A stretch of 64,000 nucleotides of DNA. It comes from Podarcis gaigeae (lineage: Eukaryota). The first letter of the stretch is position 1. The number at the start of each line of letters is the position of its first letter. The DNA lies in assembly GCA_964106915.2 (NCBI GenBank), contig OZ066914.1. One strand, given 5' to 3'. The notes below the pieces were generated by a model. That model was not told where the DNA came from. It saw nothing but the letters and a program-made list of their open reading frames with translations, and made no database searches. The position numbers were made by a program, and so were the translations under genes. This document shows, piece after piece, positions 52,142 through 62,750 of the stretch.

Positions 52142-52493
52142 AAAAGGTAAAGGGACCCCTGACCATTAGGTCCAGTCGTGACCGACTGTGGGGTTGCGGT
52201 GCTCATCTCGCTTTATTGGCCAAGGGAGCTGGCGTACAGCTTCCAGGTCATGTGGCCAGCATGACTAAGCCGCTTCTGGCGAACCAGAGCAGCACACGGA
52301 AATGCCGTTTACCTTCCTGCCGGAGCGGTACCTATTTATCTACTTGAACTTTGACGTGCTTTCGAACTGCTAGGTTGGCAGGAGCAGGGACCGAGCAACA
52401 GGAGCTCACCCCGTTGCGGGGATTCGAACCGCCAACCTTCTGATCAGCAAGTCCTAGGCTCTGTGGTTTAACCCACAGCGCCACCCGCGTCCC
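52142..52493 (-). mobile_element. Sauria SINE (POM/Squam1 type), young copy
   Basis: Perfect 13-bp TSD ATGTTTAGGATTA (52129-52141, 52494-52506); CpG-rich; intact pol III A/B-box-like head. Confidence 0.93.
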
Positions 52494-53299
52494 ATGTTTA
52501 GGATTACAGTTTACCTATTTTCACTTCTCTTTTCCTAGCTTCATAGTGTGCAGTATGACCATCTAGCTGAGATCCTACTTTAACTTAATTAAGATTGAAT
52601 TCATTTATGAATGAACTGGAAGAACTCCAAGGAATGGATTCCTTGAGGCACATGAGAAAATAGTCTGCTTCAAGAAGGCATGGCAGGATTAGCATTTTTT
52701 CAGCTATAGCTTGAGGGGATTAAATAATAGGGGGAAGTATTATATTTGTGAGGAAATCTTCTAACTTGGTAGACATTAGCAACCAGTTGAAGCAGTGATG
52801 GTTTCATAATGTGCATTTATCTTGGAGCATGAGATGAATAACTACTAGACTCCCTGTTTTATAGAATCAAAAGGTATCTCTGTCTCTGAAGCAAGACGAA
52901 AATAATTTCAGAAAATTATGGTTGTTTGTGGTTAGAAACATATGGCAGTAAGCTGGGGGGTGGTTCAAAAACTAAAACATGAAACAGGTGATCAGTTTTA
53001 AGCTAACATCTTGAATCCGTCCTGGGAATGCGAGGAAAACAATTATTTCGGTTCATTTGTATCTTTTGTGCTTGTCAGAAGTGGAAATTATTTTATCTGT
53101 AATAACTTTGGAATAAGAAATAAAAGAGCATTGCCCCAAATATCTCTTATGAAGAAGCTGACTCTGATCCCAAGGCAGCAGCAGATGTTATCCATGTGTA
53201 CTGGTGGGGTATTTTTTACCGCTGTTTCTCTGAACTAAAACAGTTAATAGGCTTGCTTATTCATTGATCCAAAACAGTTAACAAGCCCATACTATATAA

Positions 53300-53580
53300 G
53301 TCAGGAGTGGACAGACTTCTGATTCCTTGGATTCAGCGCACCCCGGGCTTCGAGCTTCGCGCAGCTCTCCGCAAGCCATGGGAGCCTGGCGCGACTTCTC
53401 GCTGGGCTCCCACGGCTTGCGGAGAGCTGCCTGTTCTGGGGGCTGGGGTCGGGGGAAGGTCGGGCTTCCCCCGCCCCAGCCCCGCGCCTGGGAAAAAATA
53501 ATAATTCCCCCCCTTTATTCCCCCCCCAAAAACTAGGTGTGCCCTAAGGGCTGGTGCGCCCTATGGGGCGAGAAATACGG
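53300..53580. mobile_element. One-ended Tc1/mariner-type DNA transposon fragment
   Basis: CpG-rich block ending in GGGGCGAGAAATACGG-TA, a CCGTATTT-type TIR plus TA target; no matching left TIR found. Confidence 0.55.
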
Positions 53581-55508
53581 TACTTTGTATTTTTTCTAGA
53601 ACCTCAAGGTCAGAGCTAAGTGCAAAAGATAGTTACAATTCATATAAAATAACAGGGTGGCTCCAAGCACATTCCCTGAACCTTCGGGATTTGTTTGCAG
53701 TACACATAACTGAATTGAAATCACAGTTGCTTTACATGAAACTTCAATTTTGATTAGCTTTCTTAATTTCAACAGTGTGATTTAGTTTAAAAAATGTTAC
53801 AGTTGGGAATCAGAAATCCACACCATTGGGAATCTGAAACCGACACCAATCTCCTGCAGATCAGCCATAGATTTACCAGTAGATCCCAATCTGCCTTCTA
53901 CCTACCAGTGCAATAAGCTGTATAGTAGACTTGCAAAGGCCGAGAAATGTCAGGTTATCCACAGACTCACTGCATGGCTTCTGGCACATTTTTAGTAGGA
54001 TTAACTTCTCAGTACGGCGTGTGAAATTGAATACAAACAAAAAGCACATCCATCCCAAAATAGCATAATAATATTAGCTGGTGATGAGAGATGGAGAGTT
54101 AACTGGTTAAACTATTCTAACAGCAATGCTTGAGCGGAAGCTGTTCTGTGGTGCCAGAATAATATATTAGGTATTGCACAGAAGATAAATGGCATAAATT
54201 ACAGCACAAATGTTATGTTGGGACAATCAATATGGTGCTGATGTTCCTGTGGTTGTGTGCTGCTGTGATGTTTATCAGAAATCTTTATAGAAATGGCTTA
54301 GCAGAAAGGTATATATTTGTCCTGGCGCAGTGATGATTGTGAAAAAGAGACTGCATACAAGAAGTGTCATGGGTCTCTGATGAAATGATAGCGGTCTGCA
54401 AGATTAATAGTCTCTTGCAATTCACTTGCCTCCATATGCGGGTAATGCTTAGGGCGTTTGCTGCCACAAGGTGTCCACTGGCTTAGAGGACTTTAAAAGA
54501 GCTTATGGAAATTCAGAGGTTCTTTGTCCATCAGTGCTTATTTGAGCCCTGGTAGTTCCATATTGGGATGCAGTATGTCTCTAGCAATGGGTGACTTTGT
54601 CAACTTTGGTTTCTCTTAGTTGCTCAATTTTTCTAATCTTAAATTCAGTTTACCCCATTTCTACATCAGTCGTGGCTTTTGTTTTTTGTTTTTTTTTTAA
54701 ATGCATGTGAATTTGTATGCATTTCTGGTGCATTTCTCATAACGTTCACATGTTTGCGTGCAATTTTACTTAATATACACATTTTTACAAGCAATTTCTC
54801 CTTATGCAGTGTTTTTTTTCCTATACTTACTTTCAATAATATGCTATGCACTTTTTTGTTTGCAGGATTCACTTGGAGAACTACATCACAAAATTCAGCG
54901 ATATTCAAAGAACAGCTGTGTTTTGGTTTGTGTATTGTTTCAAAAAGTGCAGCTTAGTTGGGCATGCATTAAAATGTGAACCAAACAAATGTCTATCTCT
55001 GCATCCCTATCTCTGCATATTCGAAGCTGTAATATTAAGGCTGTGATTATTATTATTATTATTTACTGTTGTGGTCAATTTGGCATTTACTTTGCTTGCT
55101 GATAGCACAAAATTTCATGCAGCAATTTGTTTTGGGTTATTGTATTTTATATAATTGTATTTTAATCTTTTATGTTTTACGGACTCAAAAACATTGCATT
55201 TGGCTGGCTTACGTAAATAAAAATAATTAATGGTGCTATTAGGAAGCACAAGTGTATACTGTAAGAGTGGGTAAAAATCCAGATCCCATCTTAAACTCTA
55301 TTTAGAAGTCCATCTTTGGGGTTTGGGGGCTAATGAGGGCACTGGAGCAGCAAGTGAGCAGGTCGGAAAGTAAGCTTGCCAAAGGGTCCCCTCAGAGTTG
55401 ACAGTGCCTCTGTGAGGCTTTTGGAATTTATTTTTCTATCCCCTCTGCAAACATTGAGAAGCAGGGGGAAAGGAGCCTGGTATACAGTGGCAATGCAGCA
55501 ATGGATTT

Positions 55509-55878
55509 TGAAATATACTCAGAGTCGCAAAGTGATTTCATGCTCTTTATTCAGCTCATAGTGGTGAGGAGGAATTAATGAATGTCCCCTCAAAGTATCT
55601 GCTTTATATACATTATTTACACAATGGGCTGCACATGATTGGCTAATTCTGGAATTCTACTGTAAGCCAATCAGGTTGTGGATTCACTTATATCTGGAGC
55701 ATGATTGGGTGGTTCCTGCCAACCAATCATATTGCTGCATTGTTCTAGGACCAATCAGACTGCTGCATTCTGAATCCTATTGTTCTAGGACCAATCAGAC
55801 TGCTGCAATTTGGATCCTATTGTTCTAGGACCAATCAGACTGCTGCAGTTTGGATCCTATTCAACTCAGTACATAACA
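55509..55878 (-). repeat. Gypsy 3' LTR
   Basis: TG...CA; three 40-bp CCAAT-containing repeats; minus-strand TATATAAA and AATAAA. Confidence 0.97.
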
Positions 55879-55890
55879 CCCCTCCCCTCT
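55879..55890 (-). other. Gypsy polypurine tract
   Basis: Minus-strand AGAGGGGAGGGG abutting the 3' LTR. Confidence 0.9.
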
Positions 55891-58800
55891 AAGTTCCAGT
55901 CCTGCCCGGGAGGTCGCATTCATAGTCCTCGAGGTACGCCGGCGGCCTACGTGTGCGTTGTGGCCTGGGGTGTTCCCTGGTCCGGGGTTCAGGTTCTGGC
56001 TCGTGTTCCAAGGATGCTGGCTGTGATGGGCCTGTTTGGTCTGGCGCAACCGGCTCGCTCAGTCGTGGTTCTGGCTCCGGTGTCCTTTTGGCCTCGCAGG
56101 TCCTCTCTGTATTTACTGATTCTGCCTCTCCTGCTGCCCCCTCCTGCTCTATGGGCCCCGCTGTTCCCTTGGGACTCCTCTGACCTTTCCTCCTCCTGGT
56201 TTTCTCCCGGGAATCGTCGCCGTATCTGGTCGCAGTGGCGGCGCCAGCATTGCCCCCCATCCGTTAGCACCTCGTATGACACGGGGCCAGTGACCCTGGT
56301 GACTGTGGCAGGTACCCATGCTGGGCCTGCCCCAAAATTCTTTGCGTACACTAGGTCCTGGGCCTTGAAGGTCCAGGGGTTCCTGCCTTCCCCCACCACT
56401 ACCTCATCCTGAGCTCTATCAGGGTGAAGGCGGTCCAATCTGATTGCAAGGCGGCGACCCATTAGTAGTTCAGCGGGGCTCCGGCCAGTTGTTGAGCTGG
56501 GGGTGCTGTGCTGTGCTAGGAGGAATGTGGCAAGGCGGTACTCCCAATCCCCTTGCGTCATGCGGCGAAGGGTGTCCTTGGTGGTCCGCACCATGCGTTC
56601 TGCTTGGCCATTGGTGGCAGGGTGGAATGGCGCTGAACGGATGTGGCGGATGGCGTTCTGCGCTGTGAAGGTTTGGAATTCTCCTGACGTAAATGCAGTC
56701 CCATTGTCTGAGACGAGAGTGTCAGGGAGCCCGTGGGTTGCAAAGAGCCTGCGTAGTACCTGGATGGCTGTGGATGTAGAAGTGGACGGTACCAGTGCAA
56801 CTTCCAGCCATTTGGTGTAGGAGTCCACCACTATGAAGAATGTTTTCCCCTGAAAGGGGCCAGCGAAGTCCACATGCAGGCGTGACCATGGTGCTCGGGT
56901 GGACTCCCAGGACTGGACTGGGGCCCTTGGGGGATCTGGGCGGGATTCTTGGCAGGCCTGGCAGTGTTTGACCCAGGCCTCTATCTCTCCATCGATCCCT
57001 GGCCACCACACATAACTCCTGGCCAGGGCCTTCATTCTTACTACCCCTAGGTGTGTCTCGTGTAGGGCTGTGAAGACCCTTTTGCGGAGGGGCTGGGGAA
57101 CAACGACCCTGCTTCCCCATAACAGGCACCCCTTGTGGGCCGACAGTTCATGTTTGCGGGTTGTGTAGCCAGCGAATTCTGGCCCAGGACTGCTGCTGGG
57201 CCATCCCCTCCACACCCAGTCCAGGACCCGGGAGATGACCCTATCTTTCTTGGAATGGTGTGCAACTTCTTGTGCCTGAATGGGGCGGTCAGGAAGCAGC
57301 TCCAGGCTCATAACCTCTTGTGCAGGTGCTGGGTCGGGGCCTGTTTCTGGTAGTGGTAGCCTGCTGAGGGCGTCCGCATGGCCCATCGCTTTCCCCGGGC
57401 GGTGAATCAGTGCATACTGGTAGCTGGCAAGGAAAATTGACCACCTGAGGACACGAGGAGACAGCACTTGGGGGGGTCTGCTTTTCGGGAGCAAACAAGC
57501 CAAGCAACGGCTTGTGGTCAGTCACCACGGTGAAGGGCCGCCCGTACAAGAAATCATGGAATTTTTTTACTCCCTTCACAATTGCGAGCCCCTCCTTGTC
57601 TATTTGCGAGTAGTTCCGCTCGGTTGCGTTGAGTGTCTGGGAAAAGTATGCTACCGGTACCTCTCTCCCATCCGGGAGTTGGTGTCCCAGGACAGCGCCA
57701 ATGCCATAGGGCGAGGCGTCGCATGCTAGCACCACCGGCAGCCTCTCGTTGAAGTGTGCCAAGACCGAGTTTGAGACAAGCAGGTCCTTGACTGCCTGGA
57801 ATGCAGCCTCCTGGCGCTGGCCCCACACCCAAGGGGCCCGCTTGTCCAGGAGTCTGTGTAGGGGCTCTGCTACCGCCGCTTTGTGGGGAAGGAAGGAATG
57901 GTAAAAGTTCAATAGTCCCAAGAAGGCCTGAAGTTCAGTCTTGCTCTTGGGTGCTGGGGCATCACAAATGGCCCGTACCTTGTCCCCAGTTGGGTGGACC
58001 CCTTCTGCGTCCACCATAAATCCCAGAAAGTCCACCTGAGGCACTCCTAGTAGACATTTTTCCCGCTTCACCTTGAGACCCGCCATCTGGAAACGGTGCA
58101 GAACGGTGTGGAGGCGGTCCTCAAACTCCTCTGGTGTGGGCCCGGCAATCAACACATCATCGAAGAAGGGGGTGACGCCAGGAATCCCTTTAAGGAGCAA
58201 GTCCATTAGATTCTGGAATATGCCTGGTGCCACACTGACACCGAATTGCAGCCGCTTTACCCTGAATGCTCCTCTGTGCATCACAATTGTCTGTGCCTCT
58301 GCTGTGGCCTCATCTACTGGAAGCTGTTGATATGCTTGGGCCAAGTCCAGCTTGCCAAAAATTTTCGACCCAGCCAGGGTGGCAAGGACATGGCTGACCA
58401 CTGGCACTGGGTATGCATGGGCCGTGAGGGCCTTGTTTATGGTACATTTGTAGTCTGCGCAGATGCGGACTGAACCATTAGGCTTGACGGGTGTGACGAT
58501 TGGGGTTTCCCAGGGGGCATTAGGCACCGGCTCCAGCACTCCTTGCTCCACAAGCCGGTCCAATTCCTCGTCTATACGGGGTTTCAGGGCGAACGGGACC
58601 CGGCGGGCCTTTAGCCTGACCGGTCGTACTGCGGGGTCAAGCTGTAGAGCAATGGGGGGGCCCGTATACTGTCCCAATTTCCCATCGAAAACCTCTGGAA
58701 ATTCCTTGCATATGGCATCCACGTCCACTTGTAAGGTAGTGTGGTTCACCCCGGTGATGGCTAGCCCCAGTGGTCCAAACCATGCCAATCCCAGTAAGCT

Positions 58801-59958
58801 AATGTAGGGGCCCTTGACCACAAGCAAGTCCAGCTGCCGCGTCCGCCCTCGGTATTGCACCCTGAAGGTCCCCACCCCCATTGTGGGGACCTTACGTTTC
58901 TGGAAGTCCCGGAGGGTGAATGGGGCCGGCCTGAGTTTGGGACCCCCAGTAGGACACAGTTTCCTTAACGTCCTTGCCGAGATTATGGATAGATTTGAAC
59001 CCGTGTCAAGCTCCATGCGGCATGGGGCCCCCTCTATCCGTACCTCTACATAAATTTTCTCTATGTTGGGGTAGGGCAACTGGTATACCTGGACGTCCGT
59101 GAGCTCCGTCGAGTTGCCTTGGTGCGTTGGGCCCCGGGACCTGGGGCTCTTGGATTGGTCATCTGATGCCTGGCGTCGGGTGGGCCGAGCCCGACACACC
59201 CGGGCGATGTGTCCCAATTTTCTGCACTGCCTGCACTCTACGTTGCGGAAACGGCAGGTCCTCCTCTCGTGACTTTCCCCGCAGCTTGTGCAGTTCCCTC
59301 CTTCTCGTCGAGGCAGCTGTGGTATGTGGGCTGCTTGAGTGTGCTGCTGTACTCGGTGCACTTCCTCCCTGTCAGATCCTGAGTCGTCGGTGAGGTCTTC
59401 GTGGTGAACCCTCGGTTGGGCTGGCAGGCTCGGCCGTGCCTCTTGTGTCGACCTCTTGGCAGCTTCCGTTGCCAGGGCCTCCTCCAGAGCGACCTGGAAC
59501 GTTAGGTCCTTCTTAGCGTAGAGGCGTCGTTGCAGCTTCTCATCCTTCATGCCACCGACGAGGCGGTCCCGAAGCATGTTCTCCAGCTCTGAAAAGTTGC
59601 AGAACTGGGCGGCTTGGCGGAGAGAGGTCACAAACCCAGTTATGGTTTCCCCAGGGGCTTGCCGCTTTGCGTAGAAGGCATTTCGACGAGCCACCACTGA
59701 GGGCTGTGGCGAAAAGTGCCACTTAAGCTATTCCATTATTCTTTTGTATGGAACAGTAGCGACGTCTTCAGGCGCAAGGAGAGCCCGGGCGATTTCAAAT
59801 GTCTCCTCTCCGCAGACGCTGAAGAATATCGCCCTCTTCTTGGCGTCTTCTTCATCGGTGACCCCTTTGGCTTCTAGGAGGAAGGTAAAATGGGAGGCGT
59901 ACGCTTCCCAGTCTCCCGTTGCTGGGTTGAACGGCGAGAAGCTGCTGTCGGTTGCCAT
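55889..59958 (-). pseudogene. Gypsy gag-pol polyprotein disrupted by one in-frame TAG (59728-59730) and frameshifts (~57475 and probably ~56150)
   Basis: Gag LRDRLVGG and two zinc knuckles (CTSCGESHERRTC, CRQCRKLGHIARVC); protease LDTGS; RT KLDLAQAY, QFGV and FFDD; RNase H CDAS, KEGLA and TDHKPL; integrase HETH..CQAC, HVDF, SDNG and QAER; C-terminal RRPPAYLEDY in an alternative frame. Confidence 0.95.
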
Positions 59959-60064
59959 TCTGAGTTCCTTGTGTCCCGGAGCTGAAGCCTGGATACACGG
60001 TGCGAGGCAGCGGTGCGGCAGGTGGCGGTGCTGCGGTGCTGTGTGTGGCAGTCAGCTCAGCGGG

Positions 60065-60082
60065 ATCCCATCCTCGTCGCCA
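60065..60082 (-). other. Gypsy primer binding site, tRNA-Ser(GCU)
   Basis: Minus-strand TGGCGACGAGGATGGGAT, complementary to the vertebrate tRNA-Ser(GCU) 3' end, 1 nt from the 5' LTR. Confidence 0.85.
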
Positions 60083-60083
60083 G

Positions 60084-60449
60084 TGAAATATACTCAGAGT
60101 CGCAAAGTGATTTCATGCTCTTTATTCAGCTCATAGTGGTGAGGAGGAATGAATGTCCCCTCAAAGTATCTGCTTTATATACATTATTTACACAATGGGC
60201 TGCACATGATTGGCTAATTCTGGAATTCTACTGTAAGCCAATCAGGTTGTGGATTCACTTATATCTGGAGCATGATTGGGTGGTTCCTGCCAACCAATCA
60301 TATTGCTGCATTGTTCTAGGACCAATCAGACTGCTGCATTCTGAATCCTATTGTTCTAGGACCAATCAGACTGCTGCAATTTGGATCCTATTGTTCTAGG
60401 ACCAATCAGACTGCTGCAGTTTGGATCCTATTCAACTCAGTACATAACA
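60084..60449 (-). repeat. Gypsy 5' LTR
   Basis: Direct repeat of 55509-55878, adjacent to the PBS. Confidence 0.97.
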
Positions 60450-61094
60450 GATTTGGAGGCTTGGTGTCATCTATATGCAGTTTCTGTTCTTGTCCCCATC
60501 TAATCCAGCACTCTGCTTTCAACACAGTGCCCAGTCAAAAATGCCTGTGTCTCCTACAGTTAGTACTCAGTGATGTACTACAACAGTACATAGTATGAGG
60601 CCTGGGTGCCCTATCCTGGCTAATAGGAGTGGTTGCCATGGATGGAACTGGAATGAGGCAGGTGGGAGGAAACTTTGGATGGGTAGAGCTGTGAGAAGTG
60701 TCTTGCCCAAATGCCCAGTGCAGAGAGAAATTAAGCTCCTCACTGCAAGGGTTGTTTGTATCCAGTGCTAATCTGATAGCATAGCAGATTTTTGCTTATG
60801 CAACAGAAATTTTGCCTCCTTCTCCTCTCCTCCGTAGCAGCTTGTGCATTCTCAAAATATGCTTCAGAGGGTTGGAGGACCATTCTGAGGACACATGAGG
60901 AAAGGGAAAGGAAAGGAAAGGAAGATCCTGCTGCATTCATTGAAGTCTATGTGCACAGTGTTGAATACAAGCTTAAATGAACAAGTTGGTCATGACGGCA
61001 TGATTTTATGCAAGGCTTGGGACAGAACTAGGTTACAAGCCAGTCTGCATTTGTTCATAGATGACTAGTAGCCTTTGCTTCTTTATTTTGGAAT

Positions 61095-61501
61095 TGTCAG
61101 GGAACTGCCATCGGAAGAACAGGTGGTAGAAAGGCTCCAGGAGAATAGGAGAGACTCTGCAGCAGAAGAGGGAACCAGTAGGGGGAGAGCAGGAGCTCAA
61201 AGGGAAAGGGAGTCGGAGGGGAGGCTCTGGGATACTTCCAGTGAGAACAGTGAGGAGGTAACAAGACCCCCTTTAGGAACCCCCACCCCTCGCCGGAAGC
61301 TGTCACGCAGAGAGTCCAGGAGGCGCATGTCCGTCAAACAGCTTTTATGTTGGAGTAAGTTCCGTAGACGCCCACTGTCGGATACTACCAGCGACTGACG
61401 GAGTCATGCTTTGGGGGCTCCGTTAGAGACTCAGGTTGGCTGACCAGCCAAAACCCGGAGGGATCAAGCTTTACGCACAAGCAGCTCATTATCCCATCAC
61501 A
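61095..61501 (+). mobile_element. 407-bp solo LTR-like element carrying an ORF
   Basis: TGT...ACA ends; perfect 5-bp TSD GGAAT (61090-61094, 61502-61506); GC/CpG-richer than its flanks. Confidence 0.8.
61096..61398 (+). CDS. LTR-encoded 100-codon ORF: acidic, then TP/arginine-rich
   Basis: Open from LTR base 2 (VRELPSEEQ...TPTPRRKLSRRESRRR...SDTTSD*); no early ATG, so probably the tail of an ORF entering from the internal region of the parent element. Confidence 0.4.
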   Translation, partial: VRELPSEEQVVERLQENRRDSAAEEGTSRGRAGAQRERESEGRLWDTSSENSEEVTRPPLGTPTPRRKLSRRESRRRMSVKQLLCWSKFRRRPLSDTTSD

Positions 61502-62629
61502 GGAATCTTATCAACAGATATCCAAAACAGCTGGGGGGGGGAACTTGTTCAGCCTGCAATTTCTATTTTGGAACTGGGTCTAAAAGGTATCTTTTGTTTT
61601 TTCTTCTTCTTCACACCCCTCACTTTCCATAGTATCTTGTCTGATGTAGAGTTCCAAAGAACTCAAAAGCTTGTCACACACTTCTAACATCTTGGTTGGT
61701 TCCATAAATGTATTGCCCAACTGTGGATTATTGATTTCAGCGGGATCTAAGTTCAGCTAACTACTGAGTTCAACCCACAATCTGTAACAGTCACGTACAA
61801 AAAGCCTGTCATAGAGCACTAAGCTACATTGAACGATGTTGGGATCAAAGCCTTAGTTTTCATCCTGTTATATAATCCATGTGCTTGAATCCAAGCCAGT
61901 TTTCTGATTTCTTTTTTGCTCTTCCATTTAGAAGGAAAGAAGAGATACCACTCTTTATTGAACCCAAACTTATTTATTGCATCAGTTGTGTTTCTATCAT
62001 CAGTGAATATTTTTATGATTATATCAAAGCATTGACGTTCGGCATATCTGTGTCTGGAGCTTCAGTAATCCAGGCTTTATTCTGTGTAAGAAACCGAGAA
62101 ACCTAGGGAGCTAGTTTGTCTTCTGACCACTTTTCTTATTCATCTGTCAAAGTTGGCTGGATCACAAACCTTCTTTTGGCTGGGATTCATCTTCTTGTAT
62201 AGCCATTTGGAGCTGGGCTAATTGTTTGTTCTTGTTTTTTAATGCTTTGCTTGGCTTAGCACTGTCAAATTATTATACTCTGTACAAGCAACTTTGAAAT
62301 TTCTCCATGCCTGTTAACTTGCTCAGGAAGCACTGCATGCCAGGCATCTATTGGATCACGGCTGAACCTTTGATTGCTGCCTTACACATTTTCAGTCAAA
62401 CAACAGTCATTGTTAAAGTGGTTGTTTTGAGATTTGTTCTTCTGGATGCACATTCTCTTATTCAGGAACATCTGTACAAATGGTAGATACAGTATTGGAC
62501 AACCCCCCTGCTTTTGCAAGCAGATGGTAAAGCAACAACAAGAGGTCTGTTGAGCTGCTTGTTGCCATTCATGACTGTCAGGCCATGTTCAGCTTGCTGT
62601 GTTATAAGTTGTTTAGCCTGTGTTGAAGT

Positions 62630-62750
62630 AATAATAATATAATAATAATTTATTATTTATACCCCGTCCATCTGGCTGGGTTTCCAACACTAAAATACAA
62701 TAACCTAGTAAACATTAAAAGCTTCCCTAAACAGGACTGCCTTCAGATGT
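62630..62750 (-). mobile_element. Short L2-derived SINE/LINE 3' tail (Squam3-like)
   Basis: (AAT)n tail then TTTATACCCCGTCCATCTGGCTGGGTTTCC; a related fragment in the opposite orientation lies at ~27020-27100. Confidence 0.6.

Larger units (their letters stand above)
55509..60449 (-). mobile_element. Near full-length Ty3/Gypsy LTR retrotransposon (Mag-like), 4941 bp
   Basis: LTRs at 55509-55878 and 60084-60449, identical except a 4-bp indel; 5-bp TSD GATTT (55504-55508, 60450-60454); PBS; PPT; domain order Gag-PR-RT-RH-IN; no env. Confidence 0.97.

Noticed and set aside
55741-55861. Regularly spaced repeats as a CRISPR-like array
   Set aside because: The units are contiguous 40-bp tandem repeats with near-identical 'spacers', duplicated in both LTRs of a eukaryotic retrotransposon.
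59728-59730. In-frame TAG in Gypsy gag as a programmed readthrough site
   Set aside because: It lies only 76 codons into Gag, not at a gag/pol boundary; a nonsense mutation is the simpler explanation.
55810-60399. Many + strand and alternative-frame ORFs over the Gypsy element, and likewise over the ERV
   Set aside because: Shadows of GC-rich coding sequence with no recognisable motifs.
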